Below are positions 19,026 to 29,055 of a DNA stretch of 64,000 nt, piece after piece. The notes under the pieces are model-generated. The model saw only the letters and a program-made list of their open reading frames with translations, had not been told where the DNA came from and did no database searches. The DNA lies in the IMG/VR virus record IMGVR_UViG_3300027771_001853, positions 1-64,000 of that record, one strand, 5' to 3'. How positions within the stretch are numbered: the first letter of the stretch is position 1; every line of letters begins with the position of its first letter. Position numbers and translations under genes: made by a program.

Positions 19026-20675
19026 ATGAAAAAACAACAACTTTTAGAACAACAAGAAAAGATAATGAAAATGTTCTCATATTCACCTGGTATGACAATA
19101 TCAGAGAATGATGAACAATATAGTGAAGAAACAACTCAAGTGAACGAAATAGCTCCATTAGCCGCTATAGGTTGGGGGTTAACTGCTGCTTGGGCAGGAT
19201 ATGAAATTTGGAAATGGGCTACAAACACATGGGGAGCTAAAACTCTGGGTCCTAGATTAAAAGCAGCAACTGACCCAGGTACTTGGGAAGAAATCACAAA
19301 CTCTATGAAACAAACTTCTATTAAATTAGGGGAGGATATCTCGGGTAAGTTGAAGGTTATGTCAAGTTCGGATGCTGGTCAACTAGCTGACTTTCTGTAT
19401 AATGCAATGGATGGAGCAGGGACAGATGAAGAAGAAATAAGAGAGGCAATGGATAAAATGAGTTCATTTATGGATTTAGCTTACGTAGCGGATAAATTTG
19501 GTACTAGAGAAGGTTACACTTTGTGGGGTTGGTTGGATGACGAATTGAGTCAGTCATACTTTAAAACATACGTTATGCAACCTATGAGTTCTAAACCACT
19601 TCTTATATGGGATGGAAAACAATACAATAGTTTAGAAAAGTGGGCAGCAGAATTAAGTAAGTTGGTTGATGATAAATCAGCACAACCAAAGAATGATGAC
19701 CAAAATAAAAAGACTATTATAAATGCACTTAAAGGTAAAAAAGGTTCTTGTATGGAAGAATACCTAGCAAATGCAGTAATAGGGTCTACAAAAAAAGGTG
19801 TTCCATTCCTAAAATATACGGAAGGTGGGGTAGAATTAAATGTTTTTGCTAATGGTAGATTTATTGACGTAAAAACTAATAAGATGGGTACGATTCAAAA
19901 TTGTGATGAAGTGGTTACTGAATCCGTAAGTAGTATTTTAAACTTAAACTGGGTATTAGGTTCACTTACAGAACAATTTAAAGTGGTATATGATGATGAC
20001 AAAGAAAACGTTGTTACTATAAAAGATAAAGAAGTTGTTAAAACTGATGATACTGGTGGTGAAGAAGTTGAGAAAGAGGTAGTTACTAAATCTAAATGGA
20101 CGAAATACACTGGAGACCCAACAAAAGATGTTGTAAAAATGATGCATTACAACAAAGATGCTAATTCAGTAATTAAACAAATTCAAAAAGCTATAGGAGC
20201 TAAAGAAGATGGTTACTATGGTAATAACACTAAGAAAGCTGTAATGGGTTGGCAAAAGGAGAACGGACTGAAGGTTGATGGTTCAATTGGTCCTGAAAGT
20301 TGGGCTAAAATAACTACATCTACTGATGAGGTGGGTGGTGAAACAACAGTTGATACAGCGGTAGAAAAAGCAATAGAAACAGAAGCTAGTAAAGTAGTAC
20401 AACAAGTTCAGCAAAAGAAAATTAATGTACCTACAGCAAGAGAAAAATTAATGAAAGATGTTTTAGAATCTCAAGGTAATAAGAAAATGCAAAAGAACTA
20501 TTGTCAAAATTTAATAGCGTTCGAGGCTGGTATGTTAAAAAGTAATATGGAAAAAGCAACTAACTTAAAAGCTCTAGGAGCTTGTTATGATGACCATAAC
20601 TTTGGGGCTGGGGGTATGTCTAGAAAAGTTAGAAAATCTTACAACTTAAAGACATCAGGTAACAACATTAGTTAA
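19026..20675 (+). CDS. Annexin-repeat + peptidoglycan-binding domain protein
   Basis: LYNAMDGAGTDEEEI...LDDELS annexin repeat; IQKAIGAKEDGYYGNNTKKAV..WQ..GLKVDGSIGP PG-binding motif. Confidence 0.75.
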   Translation: MKKQQLLEQQEKIMKMFSYSPGMTISENDEQYSEETTQVNEIAPLAAIGWGLTAAWAGYEIWKWATNTWGAKTLGPRLKAATDPGTWEEITNSMKQTSIKLGEDISGKLKVMSSSDAGQLADFLYNAMDGAGTDEEEIREAMDKMSSFMDLAYVADKFGTREGYTLWGWLDDELSQSYFKTYVMQPMSSKPLLIWDGKQYNSLEKWAAELSKLVDDKSAQPKNDDQNKKTIINALKGKKGSCMEEYLANAVIGSTKKGVPFLKYTEGGVELNVFANGRFIDVKTNKMGTIQNCDEVVTESVSSILNLNWVLGSLTEQFKVVYDDDKENVVTIKDKEVVKTDDTGGEEVEKEVVTKSKWTKYTGDPTKDVVKMMHYNKDANSVIKQIQKAIGAKEDGYYGNNTKKAVMGWQKENGLKVDGSIGPESWAKITTSTDEVGGETTVDTAVEKAIETEASKVVQQVQQKKINVPTAREKLMKDVLESQGNKKMQKNYCQNLIAFEAGMLKSNMEKATNLKALGACYDDHNFGAGGMSRKVRKSYNLKTSGNNIS

Positions 20676-20701
20676 TTTAATTAAACAATGTATTTATAAA
20701 C

Positions 20702-20729
20702 AAAAAGGGACTTATCGTCCCTTTTTTTT
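20702..20729. terminator. Bidirectional intrinsic terminator
   Basis: A5-GGGAC-TTATC-GTCCC-T8 between convergent genes. Confidence 0.8.
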
Positions 20730-21282
20730 ATTCTGCACCTCTTTTTACCTGGTGATAACTTAGGTCTACTGGGGTTTCTCTCCCAAATATCTTAACACTA
20801 ACACTTAGTGACTTTTTATTTTTATTTATAGAATTGATTGTACCGGTAAACGTAGCGAAAGGACCTTCAGTAATCGTAATGGATTCTCCAAGAAAATAAG
20901 TTTCACCCATATCTATTTTTTGTTCTTCACCTTCTAATTTAGCTAATAACCCCTCTTTTTCTCTTTTACTCATTCTTGTTGGTACTTCCCCACCTAAAAA
21001 ATTCATAGCGTTTTCTACCGCCCTAACTTTACTAATTGTTTCCCCATTAAGGATTTCATTAACAGCTTCTACAATAATGTAACCAGGTAAAAGATTTTTT
21101 TCCACAATAACTTTAGAGGTACCGTTTTTCTTTCTTCTTAGTTGTACGGTTTTGTAGGTTGGGTTGATGATTCTGGACACTTCCTTTTCTAGTTTAGTAT
21201 CAGTTAACATACTTCTCTCTATACTTTCCCTAACCTTTTTCTCTTTACCTGTTATTGTCCTTAAGACGAACCAATTTTTCAT
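20728..21282 (-). CDS. nusG: Transcription termination/antitermination factor NusG
   Basis: WFVLRT.TGKEKKV, LPGYI NGN domain; GPFATFTG KOW; VKIFGRETPVDL. Confidence 0.92.
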   Translation of the reverse strand: MKNWFVLRTITGKEKKVRESIERSMLTDTKLEKEVSRIINPTYKTVQLRRKKNGTSKVIVEKNLLPGYIIVEAVNEILNGETISKVRAVENAMNFLGGEVPTRMSKREKEGLLAKLEGEEQKIDMGETYFLGESITITEGPFATFTGTINSINKNKKSLSVSVKIFGRETPVDLSYHQVKRGAE

Positions 21283-21300
21283 AATACACTAATTTTTATA

Positions 21301-21726
21301 TTAAACTATTTCTACACTAAACGTATCACCTTGTGTTATTTGTGGTATAATGTCTAGTCCTTCAGTGACTTTCCCAAAACATGTGTGGTTCCCATCTAAA
21401 TGTTGTGTACCTTCTCTACTGTGACAAATAAAGAATTGTGACCCACCTGTATTTCTACCAGCGTGTGCCATTGATAGTACTCCCTCATCGTGATGTTGGT
21501 TTCCACCGTTAAGTTCACAATCTATAGTATGTCCTGGACCACCAGTACCATTTCCTAATGGGCAACCACCCTGTATTACAAAATTAGGGATAACTCTATG
21601 AAATGTTAAATCTTTGTAAAACCCATCCTTCGCTAATTTAACAAAGTTATCTATTGTTGCTGGTGCATCTTTTTCATAAAAGTCTACCACCATTGTTCCT
21701 TTATTTGTTATAATTTTTCCTTGCAT
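21301..21726 (-). CDS. Cyclophilin-type peptidyl-prolyl isomerase
   Basis: [40 protein letters not shown]. Confidence 0.95.
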   Translation of the reverse strand: MQGKIITNKGTMVVDFYEKDAPATIDNFVKLAKDGFYKDLTFHRVIPNFVIQGGCPLGNGTGGPGHTIDCELNGGNQHHDEGVLSMAHAGRNTGGSQFFICHSREGTQHLDGNHTCFGKVTEGLDIIPQITQGDTFSVEIV

Positions 21727-21729
21727 ATT

Positions 21730-21975
21730 TTATATTTTTATTTTATTTAAATTATTATCGTCATTGTTAGTATCTGGGGAGATAGCACCACTATCTATTT
21801 TCATTGGTTTATCTTCTTTACCTTCACCCTCCATTTGTAATTCTTGTGCTTGTTTATAAATTTCTTCCATCTTGTTTTTGTACTCCTTCATTTCAGTATT
21901 CTTTGCTACTGCTGTTCGTTTTTTAAAACTTGTAACTTTCTTTTTATGGTCTTTTCTATGTCTAGATTTTGGCAT
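21730..21975 (-). CDS. Hypothetical basic protein
   Basis: MPKSRHRK...; tightly packed ORF. Confidence 0.6.
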   Translation of the reverse strand: MPKSRHRKDHKKKVTSFKKRTAVAKNTEMKEYKNKMEEIYKQAQELQMEGEGKEDKPMKIDSGAISPDTNNDDNNLNKIKI

Positions 21976-22048
21976 ATCTTAATTTTATTTAAATGATTAT
22001 AATTTTATGTGTTAACTAATAATATAACTTATTTTGAACTGTGTCAAA

Positions 22049-23257
22049 CTATGGGGTAGATTTAAATATATAAGAAGCTTTATGTTTACAATGGGGACAA
22101 TGTATTTCACTTGTTTCCCAAGGTTGTGGGTTAGTTGGTATTGTCCAATTGTCACCACATTCACCACACACATAAACATTACTACACTTTAAAGTAACAC
22201 TGTGTGGTTTTATCTCTTTAGTTGGATTGTAGGTTATCCCTAACTTATCCTCAATTAATTGTATCCTCTCTAACATTATATCTTCCATATTTATAACCGC
22301 TTTTGGTTCTATCACTGGTTTGTCATTCATGGTGGTTGGTCCTACCCTGAACGTTTCTAATTCTTTCTTTTCTGTTTCTATAGGGGTTGGTTTACTTTTT
22401 TTACCACATCCACAGTCTTTAATATATGGAGCAAATTTTTCCTCTAACTTCTTTTTCATTTCTTCCGTATACAATTCTGGTACTTTTTCTGACTCTGGTG
22501 GGTGAACACACTGTTCTATAATGTCTTTCCAATATTTTTTTAAATCAGTAACTTTCATACTGGATTTACCATCACCAAAATCACTAAATCTTTTTCTATA
22601 GTTAGTTGCGACTACAGAATAATCATCAATATAATTACCAGTTTTTGGGTTTTCAATTAGTGAATGGTGAGCGTCACCAGTTGCCCATCTATAAACATAA
22701 GAAGTTAAAGCACCAAATAAAGATTCTTCTAGTTCACCACCTATTAGTATATCCCAGTAGAATGGTGGGTCAGCATATTCAGAATGTTTTGTATAATACT
22801 CATCTAAAGATATTTTAGTTCTATCGAATATCCACGTACCTTCACATAGGTTTGATGTTCTGTGGTATTCTTTATTCCTTAATGATATCCATACGTCTTT
22901 TGGTTTCCAAGCTGGTTTATCGGTATTTTTAATTCCCTCCACACAGTCAGTTAAATGCCAAGGTAAATACAAATCGTCATTATCCCAAAAATGTATATAT
23001 TTCCCATTAGATTTTTGTATACCTACCATTTTTACGTGTCTAAGAGTGGGCACATCTTCTGATTTTAAATTTAAAATAGTGACTTGTGGATGATTAAAAA
23101 TTAATGGAACTTCATGATGGTTTACAATTATCAGTTCTTTGTTTTGGTAGTCTTGGTGTAGAAAGCACGTCAGGGCTTCACACGCTACCTCATAATTCCC
23201 ATAGGTCCCCATTATACATGAGACCATTTCTTCGTTATATTTATGTTGTGTTATCAT
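22049..23257 (-). CDS. Glycosyltransferase family 2 with C-terminal Zn-ribbon extension
   Basis: VSCIMGTYG, QDYQNKELIIVN, GKYIHFWDNDD; C-terminal CGEC...CPHC. Confidence 0.75.
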   Translation of the reverse strand: MITQHKYNEEMVSCIMGTYGNYEVACEALTCFLHQDYQNKELIIVNHHEVPLIFNHPQVTILNLKSEDVPTLRHVKMVGIQKSNGKYIHFWDNDDLYLPWHLTDCVEGIKNTDKPAWKPKDVWISLRNKEYHRTSNLCEGTWIFDRTKISLDEYYTKHSEYADPPFYWDILIGGELEESLFGALTSYVYRWATGDAHHSLIENPKTGNYIDDYSVVATNYRKRFSDFGDGKSSMKVTDLKKYWKDIIEQCVHPPESEKVPELYTEEMKKKLEEKFAPYIKDCGCGKKSKPTPIETEKKELETFRVGPTTMNDKPVIEPKAVINMEDIMLERIQLIEDKLGITYNPTKEIKPHSVTLKCSNVYVCGECGDNWTIPTNPQPWETSEIHCPHCKHKASYIFKSTP

Positions 23258-23327
23258 AGATAAAGTATAAATCTAAAGTATTTTCGGTAAATACTTAAAC
23301 ATAGTTTGTATTATTACAATAATTTAC

Positions 23328-23335
23328 TATATTTG
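23328..23335 (+). promoter_or_regulatory. Bacteroidota -7 promoter element TATATTTG
   Basis: TAnnTTTG upstream of the + strand cluster 23373-24328. Confidence 0.6.
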
Positions 23336-23372
23336 TACCAACGAATCTTTAACTTTAATTATAAATAAAACT

Positions 23373-23555
23373 ATGGCAAAAAAAAGAAAACTAAACAGTA
23401 ACAACCCAAAGTACAAAGTAACTACAAAGGACGATTCACCAGTGGTGAAAGAAAAAAAATTAATGTGTAACGCAGCTATAAGGAATGCAAGTGGTGAAAT
23501 TGTACCAGGAAAAACTGTAGCTGTATATGGTGTATGGTGTGAGGACGATGAATAA
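23373..23555 (+). CDS. Hypothetical protein
   Basis: ORF downstream of promoter with A-rich leader. Confidence 0.6.
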   Translation: MAKKRKLNSNNPKYKVTTKDDSPVVKEKKLMCNAAIRNASGEIVPGKTVAVYGVWCEDDE

Positions 23556-23567
23556 CATTTAAATTTT

Positions 23568-23891
23568 ATGAAACCAGAAAAAATCCTAGAAGACCAAATT
23601 ATAATGGTCATTAAAACAGTGGAAGACCCAGAAATACCGGTTAACATATATGAATTAGGTTTAATCTATTTTATTAATATAACTAAAGCTGAGGATGGTT
23701 ATGATGTAGAGATTGAAATGACTTTGACAAGTCCAAACTGTCCTGTGGCGGAAAGTATGCCAGAAGAAGTTAGGACTAAAGTAGAGAACTTAAAAGATGT
23801 TAATAAATCTGAAGTCATTATAACTTGGGAACCCACCTGGGACCAAAGTTTTATGAGTGACGAAGCAAAACTAGAACTAGGTATGTTATAA
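23568..23891 (+). CDS. sufT: DUF59/SufT-like Fe-S cluster assembly protein
   Basis: DPEIPVNIYELGLIY, MTLTSPNCP, WEPTW..MSDEAKLELG. Confidence 0.9.
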   Translation: MKPEKILEDQIIMVIKTVEDPEIPVNIYELGLIYFINITKAEDGYDVEIEMTLTSPNCPVAESMPEEVRTKVENLKDVNKSEVIITWEPTWDQSFMSDEAKLELGML

Positions 23892-23910
23892 ATTTACAAA
23901 GTAAATACGA

Positions 23911-24087
23911 ATGATTGTGGATAATAAAAAAGATAAGTGTGTTGTGTGTGATAAGGAGACCCCTTACTTGGTTTCTACCCCTGTCGGTGGTAGAATAAAT
24001 TACGTGGAAGGTGCTGGACAATTATGTACTAAGTGTTGGTCTACCACCTATTTAACTAAAAAAAGAAAATATGAAAAAAGAAATTAA
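23911..24087 (+). CDS. Small Zn-binding phage protein (58 aa, below ORF-track cutoff)
   Basis: Translated by hand: CVVC...YVEGAGQLCTKC. Confidence 0.6.
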   Translation: MIVDNKKDKCVVCDKETPYLVSTPVGGRINYVEGAGQLCTKCWSTTYLTKKRKYEKRN

Positions 24088-24328
24088 GTTACCTGAATGG
24101 TTTACTGGTGAATTATATGAGGAAGGTGGAAAGGTATCAAATAGATTTTCAGGTGAGGAATACGAACTAAACGCAATGGAATTAAGTATGTACGATTTTG
24201 TTATGGGTGCAACAATAGTAGCTGAAATGGGTATATTTAATGAATCACAAGATGTTAAAGACCTAAGAAAGGGTTTAGAGTGGTTTAAGAAGAATAATAG
24301 TGAAGCCTATATGACTTTATTGGACTAA
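24071..24328 (+). CDS. Hypothetical protein
   Basis: 85-aa ORF. Confidence 0.65.
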   Translation: MKKEIKLPEWFTGELYEEGGKVSNRFSGEEYELNAMELSMYDFVMGATIVAEMGIFNESQDVKDLRKGLEWFKKNNSEAYMTLLD

Positions 24329-24714
24329 CCTAAAAATATCTTCTTTTTCCCACCGTCATACACATATGCATGCCCTTCTGTTATTAATAAGTCATTAACA
24401 CAAATAGAATTACCATCTGTATCTTGTATGAATAATTCACCAAGTACTCTACCATATTTCCCTACTCCATGAGACTTTAATCTAAAGTATCCTGGCTTTG
24501 ATGATGTTTCTTCTAACAACTCTATCACTCTTGCTTTTGCAGCTAGACCTTTCTTTTTTTCTTCAACGTCTCTTGTTCTAGATTCCCAAGCGTCAAGTCC
24601 CATAAAACGGATTCGTTTCTTAAACCATATATCGAAACCTACATCAATAAGAGCATCAACAGTGTCACCGTCTACTACTCTATCTAGTTTTGCTCTGTAA
24701 ATATACTTTTCCAT
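24325..24714 (-). CDS. Thermonuclease (SNase-like) family nuclease
   Basis: RVVDGDT, RIRFMGLDAWE, KYGRVLG, LITEGHA. Confidence 0.88.
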   Translation of the reverse strand: MEKYIYRAKLDRVVDGDTVDALIDVGFDIWFKKRIRFMGLDAWESRTRDVEEKKKGLAAKARVIELLEETSSKPGYFRLKSHGVGKYGRVLGELFIQDTDGNSICVNDLLITEGHAYVYDGGKKKIFLG

Positions 24715-24869
24715 TAGTAGTATAATTCAAACCCAAAGTTTAATAGCATGAACCTTAATTCTTCACTATCTACTCTTATTTCTAATACTGTAAAAGTACC
24801 TAACCTAAAAGTTAAACTATACTTTTCTTTTTTGTTACCGGCATTAAAACCGTTTATCCAATTTACCAT
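24714..24869 (-). CDS. Small hypothetical protein (51 aa)
   Basis: Translated by hand (MVNWINGF...); TAATG overlap; TATTTAT upstream at 24890-24896. Confidence 0.55.
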   Translation of the reverse strand: MVNWINGFNAGNKKEKYSLTFRLGTFTVLEIRVDSEELRFMLLNFGFELYY

Positions 24870-24900
24870 AATATTCTTTTTATTTTTATATAAATACTTC

Positions 24901-25812
24901 TTATTTTAAAACATACAAATCAATCTCATTATATTTGTATTGTTTGGTCCCTATATTCTCTAAAAAATCTATTTGACTTGTTTTTCTTCTATTCATACAA
25001 TCGTGGATTGTGTAAACACCATCCTTATGTGTTCCTGAAATATAAACTTGGTCACCATAATTAAAAATCCCGCCATTTCTTTTTAACATGTCCTGACTAA
25101 CGGCAATCCAATTCCAACCAGATACTTTATATGGGTCAATGATACTACCATCTGCTGTTATTAATGGACTATCGTCACATTGTCCTTCTACTGGGTGGTA
25201 CATTGTAGCCCTTACCTCTATAGGGGTACAATCTATATAAGGCATAGGGTCTATTGTTTTACCCTCGTGCGATATTTCATAATGTAGGTGTTGTCCCGTA
25301 ACTTTTCCAGTACTCCCCATTATACCAATTGCTTGATTGTCTTCCACACTATCCCCTATTTTCACGAATATCCGATGTAAATGAGCATACTTACTTGTAA
25401 ACCCAAATAGGTGTTCTATTTCTACACACCTACCATAACCATAATTCCATCCTGAATATCGTACCACACCTGAACCAGTAGCGTATACAGTATCTCTCCA
25501 GGTATCAATTAAATCCACCCCTGAATGCATTCTATATCTACCAAATATCGGGTGTTTTCGTACACCAAAACCATCTTGTATTGCAATAGTATCTAGTGGT
25601 GGACCAATGGGTAAACTTTTAAAAGTATTATGGTATACACTATCTAATACATTTAATTGGTTATTGAGTGAATCTATAAGTTCTAATTTTTCTTTTAGGT
25701 TTTCTTCTCTATCTTCTAGTTGGGTTTTTAGTTGGTGGGATACTAACGAGACTGCACATATGATTGATAATAGGATGACCCATATGGATGTATGTATTTT
25801 ATTTTTACTCAC
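24901..25812 (-). CDS. Membrane-anchored M23 peptidase + 3D-like domain protein
   Basis: N-terminal TM/coiled coil; HSGVD and HLHYE; ATMY...TADG...IAVS...D...IDF. Confidence 0.82.
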   Translation of the reverse strand: MSKNKIHTSIWVILLSIICAVSLVSHQLKTQLEDREENLKEKLELIDSLNNQLNVLDSVYHNTFKSLPIGPPLDTIAIQDGFGVRKHPIFGRYRMHSGVDLIDTWRDTVYATGSGVVRYSGWNYGYGRCVEIEHLFGFTSKYAHLHRIFVKIGDSVEDNQAIGIMGSTGKVTGQHLHYEISHEGKTIDPMPYIDCTPIEVRATMYHPVEGQCDDSPLITADGSIIDPYKVSGWNWIAVSQDMLKRNGGIFNYGDQVYISGTHKDGVYTIHDCMNRRKTSQIDFLENIGTKQYKYNEIDLYVLK

Positions 25813-25818
25813 AAACTC

Positions 25819-26706
25819 TTATTTAAAGTTAGCTAAAAATTCCCAAATCTCATCACCTTTAATAATTTTTGTTACCGATGGTAACATCCAAGGTGAAATA
25901 TTAGATACTTTCTTATCGTTAGTTAACCAAATGAATATCTGAGAATTCTTAAGTGCACTTACTTGTGCTTCACCAAAAGTTCCAGCTCCAGCTGTCCCAT
26001 CAAAATTAATTAAATTAGTATCACATATTTTTAACATATATAAATCTTGTACTACAATATTCTCACGTATTTTTTTCTGGAAGGTTTTAAAAGTTTCGTC
26101 ATCTAGTTCGTTAGCTTTCCAAGCTTTAAATAATTCCCCAAACTCAGCGTCTTCCTCCCTTACAGTTTCTGCTCTAAGTGGATTAAGGATAGCTGGAGTT
26201 TGTAGACCATCAAAACTCATCTCACCATTTGTAACTAAATCTAGTAACCTATCACCTTCGACTACATGGTCAGAACCAAAAAATTCTTCTACTTTTGTTC
26301 TCCATGATAAAGCATCTTTTGCAAAATCTATACCACCACCAAGATACATAGCTCTAGGTGTGAATATCCCATTCATATCATAAGGGTCCAAAACCTTTAA
26401 CATATCTATAGTGTCAGCCATTTCTGCCGCACTAGAATTTATTAAAAAACTAGAAGCTTTGTCGGTTAGATATCTTTTAACCCATTTTAACATTTTACCT
26501 AATGCTCCATCAGCCTTATATTCTGGTATACCACCATAACTTATTTCCCCCAATTCTTGTTCCTCTTCACTTGGGGCATTCATTAAAGCGTTCTCTAAAG
26601 CTTTCTGTATTTCTTTTCTTGTTTCGTACGGTAGGGAAAATATCTCGTCTTGGACTTCTTTTTCCTCCACATATTCACGTAAAATTTTTCTAGTATCCAT
26701 TTTCAT
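25819..26706 (-). CDS. Nucleoside 2-deoxyribosyltransferase / dNMP N-hydrolase-like protein with N-terminal extension
   Basis: YLGGGID..WR, ILNP, DLxxLxxCD, GTFGE motifs. Confidence 0.65.
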   Translation of the reverse strand: MKMDTRKILREYVEEKEVQDEIFSLPYETRKEIQKALENALMNAPSEEEQELGEISYGGIPEYKADGALGKMLKWVKRYLTDKASSFLINSSAAEMADTIDMLKVLDPYDMNGIFTPRAMYLGGGIDFAKDALSWRTKVEEFFGSDHVVEGDRLLDLVTNGEMSFDGLQTPAILNPLRAETVREEDAEFGELFKAWKANELDDETFKTFQKKIRENIVVQDLYMLKICDTNLINFDGTAGAGTFGEAQVSALKNSQIFIWLTNDKKVSNISPWMLPSVTKIIKGDEIWEFLANFK

Positions 26707-27790
26707 CTGTTTCCTTTCCTAAATAAATATCTAAAGCTCTTGATGTTCCCACTCTTGTAGCCCCAGCATTTATCATTTTATTTAAATCTTCTTTATTATA
26801 TACACCACCAGAAGCTTTAACAGGTAAATCCCCTGACATCGATTTCATTATTTCTACATCCTCTGGTGTTGCTCCAGTACCATTATAAAACCCTGTCGAG
26901 GTTTTTATGTATACGTTCTGTGCCTCTGTTGGGAACTCATCCATCACTATAGAACTTATGAGTTTACTTATTTCTGCTATTTCCTTTTTATCTAAAGCTC
27001 CAGTCTCTATTATCCACTTAACCATTTTCCCATTCTTTAAACCCACACCGGTACCCTGTACTATATCCTCATTAAATTTATCTAAGTTTCCATTTTTAAA
27101 TGCTGTATAATCAGCAACATAGTCAAGTTCATCAGCACCATTATCTATAGCTTCCATAGCTTCATGAACTTTCTCTGAAGTTGTACCTCTACCATCTGGA
27201 AAATCTATAACGGTACCTATCAATACTGAAGAGTCGTTTTTATCGATATAATCTCTTGCTACTTCCACAAAAGAAGGTCTAATCATAACTAATTTAAAAC
27301 TATGGTCTACAGCTGTTTTTATAGTATCTAATACTATGGTAACATTTTCTCTTTTGGTTATCCCAGCTTGGTCTGCTGTTTTTAAATAGGTAGAATCAAG
27401 GTACTTACGTATGTCGTCCTCTTCTTGTTCTTTTAACGTACCTACATTTTCCCACATCTTTGGTTTGGTTGGTCCTAAAAAATAACTTAGGTTCATTTCC
27501 ATATCCTTAATATTGTGTAAGTTACCTAACCTTTCATTCTTATCGTAGTCTCTCCAATAAACATCTTCGTCCCCATCGACATAAATGTAGAATGGTGTGT
27601 TAACTACATCTCCGGGTAATTTAACGTAGATGTCGTAAGCCATATGTCCTGGTATTTCTCTACCTGCAGATTCATAAGGAAATACATCTTCTACCGTATG
27701 TCCAATAGAATTAAATAAACCTACTATATCTTTTAGATACGGTAAATTTTGTTTTGTGTTTTGGGTTTCTTCTTGTTTATCTGAATACAT
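26690..27790 (-). CDS. deoC: Deoxyribose-phosphate aldolase fused to an ~120-aa N-terminal domain
   Basis: LDSTYLK, GTVIDFPDG, GADELD, KWIIETG, IKTSTGF, VKASGG, GATRVGTS. Confidence 0.9.
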   Translation of the reverse strand: MYSDKQEETQNTKQNLPYLKDIVGLFNSIGHTVEDVFPYESAGREIPGHMAYDIYVKLPGDVVNTPFYIYVDGDEDVYWRDYDKNERLGNLHNIKDMEMNLSYFLGPTKPKMWENVGTLKEQEEDDIRKYLDSTYLKTADQAGITKRENVTIVLDTIKTAVDHSFKLVMIRPSFVEVARDYIDKNDSSVLIGTVIDFPDGRGTTSEKVHEAMEAIDNGADELDYVADYTAFKNGNLDKFNEDIVQGTGVGLKNGKMVKWIIETGALDKKEIAEISKLISSIVMDEFPTEAQNVYIKTSTGFYNGTGATPEDVEIMKSMSGDLPVKASGGVYNKEDLNKMINAGATRVGTSRALDIYLGKETDENGY

Positions 27791-27810
27791 AATTAATATT
27801 GTCTATAATA

Positions 27811-27817
27811 ATAAATA
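27811..27817 (-). promoter_or_regulatory. Phage TATTTAT motif
   Basis: Upstream of the deoC fusion. Confidence 0.5.
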
Positions 27818-27843
27818 TAATTTTAAATAAGAATAGAATCAAA

Positions 27844-28110
27844 TTAACTGTCTATTGTTTGGTCGTAAATTATCTCCCCAACCACTAAGTCATCTTCAGT
27901 GATACCTGTCCCATCACCAACCCAATAACTATTGTTAATGTAAGTGTATTCGGATAAGGTTGTTTTGTTAATAAATGTATTTGTGGGGTCACTAACAGTA
28001 TCACTCGTTATTATTATTCTTTTAGTCCCATCATTACTGATATGACAATATTTTATATTCCCTTTTGTTAAAGTATTAAAAACTGTTGTTGTTACTATAT
28101 AATAATTCAT
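27844..28110 (-). CDS. Hypothetical protein (tail-fibre associated?)
   Basis: Coupled to the LamG-like gene. Confidence 0.6.
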   Translation of the reverse strand: MNYYIVTTTVFNTLTKGNIKYCHISNDGTKRIIITSDTVSDPTNTFINKTTLSEYTYINNSYWVGDGTGITEDDLVVGEIIYDQTIDS

Positions 28111-29054
28111 TATTTATCTTCTATACTTGAGTCACCGTTTATGGTAAAAGCTGGACCACCACTTACAGAGTTATTTCCATCACCCTCAAAATTCCACCAA
28201 CCCACTAAATTGTTCGCTCTAGAATGGTTCGCTAAATTCATTGGGGTACCCCCATTCCAAATTTCCGTTACGTCACTACCACTAAGAACCACATCCCAAA
28301 TAGACAAACCATTAAATTTAGTGTCGTTGGTATTCCCAGCTTTGGTAAAATTCCAACTATTAGAACCTAATGTTATTTGTTTATCATCATTACCCATAGC
28401 AGGTGTCCCAACATTATTTCCCACCGTTTTACCATTTTCGGCTGAATAAAAACCTAACCCACAATCAGTCTGATTCCAGTATAATTTACAATTAAAATAC
28501 CCACCTGAATTAGCGGCACCCCTAGTTATTGTTATCAAAGTATAATCATCATCGCCAACATTTCCTCTATTTGTATTAGTCCAATATGAGGCTCCTAATC
28601 CAGATGCTGCGTACGCGTTAGCGTAAACTCCATTGTTTGAGTGAAATAACCAAAAGTTTTGACATTTATCGTTTTGTGCACTTCTCCACTCAAACATTAA
28701 CCTATTAAGGTTTTCATAGTAAAAGATTCTAAAGGTATCAGCGTTTACACCGGTTGCACCAACATTAGTGGAGGAGAATAAGTGTATATTGGTATTTAAA
28801 CTTGTAGTCCATCCTGGCTTTATCCAAAAAGAAACTGAAAATAAATCGGCCTGGTCAAAGGTATAGTCACCATCAGAATCTGTTATGTAAACAGCGTTCC
28901 CTGTCCCTGTTGTTGGTGATTTTGCCACCGCTTTAGCGTCAGTAAATAATGAGATTACCTGGTCCATTATTTTAGCAATACCAGTTATAGCTGTTCCCGA
29001 TACTTTAGAAATGGCTGTAGCTAACTTCCCTGTTATTTTACTTACTGTTCCCAT
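28110..29054 (-). CDS. LamG/concanavalin-like domain protein (putative tail/receptor-binding)
   Basis: FSVSFWIKP...LSIWDVVLS..V..IWNGG..NLVGWWNFE. Confidence 0.7.
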   Translation of the reverse strand: MGTVSKITGKLATAISKVSGTAITGIAKIMDQVISLFTDAKAVAKSPTTGTGNAVYITDSDGDYTFDQADLFSVSFWIKPGWTTSLNTNIHLFSSTNVGATGVNADTFRIFYYENLNRLMFEWRSAQNDKCQNFWLFHSNNGVYANAYAASGLGASYWTNTNRGNVGDDDYTLITITRGAANSGGYFNCKLYWNQTDCGLGFYSAENGKTVGNNVGTPAMGNDDKQITLGSNSWNFTKAGNTNDTKFNGLSIWDVVLSGSDVTEIWNGGTPMNLANHSRANNLVGWWNFEGDGNNSVSGGPAFTINGDSSIEDK

Positions 29055-29055
29055 A

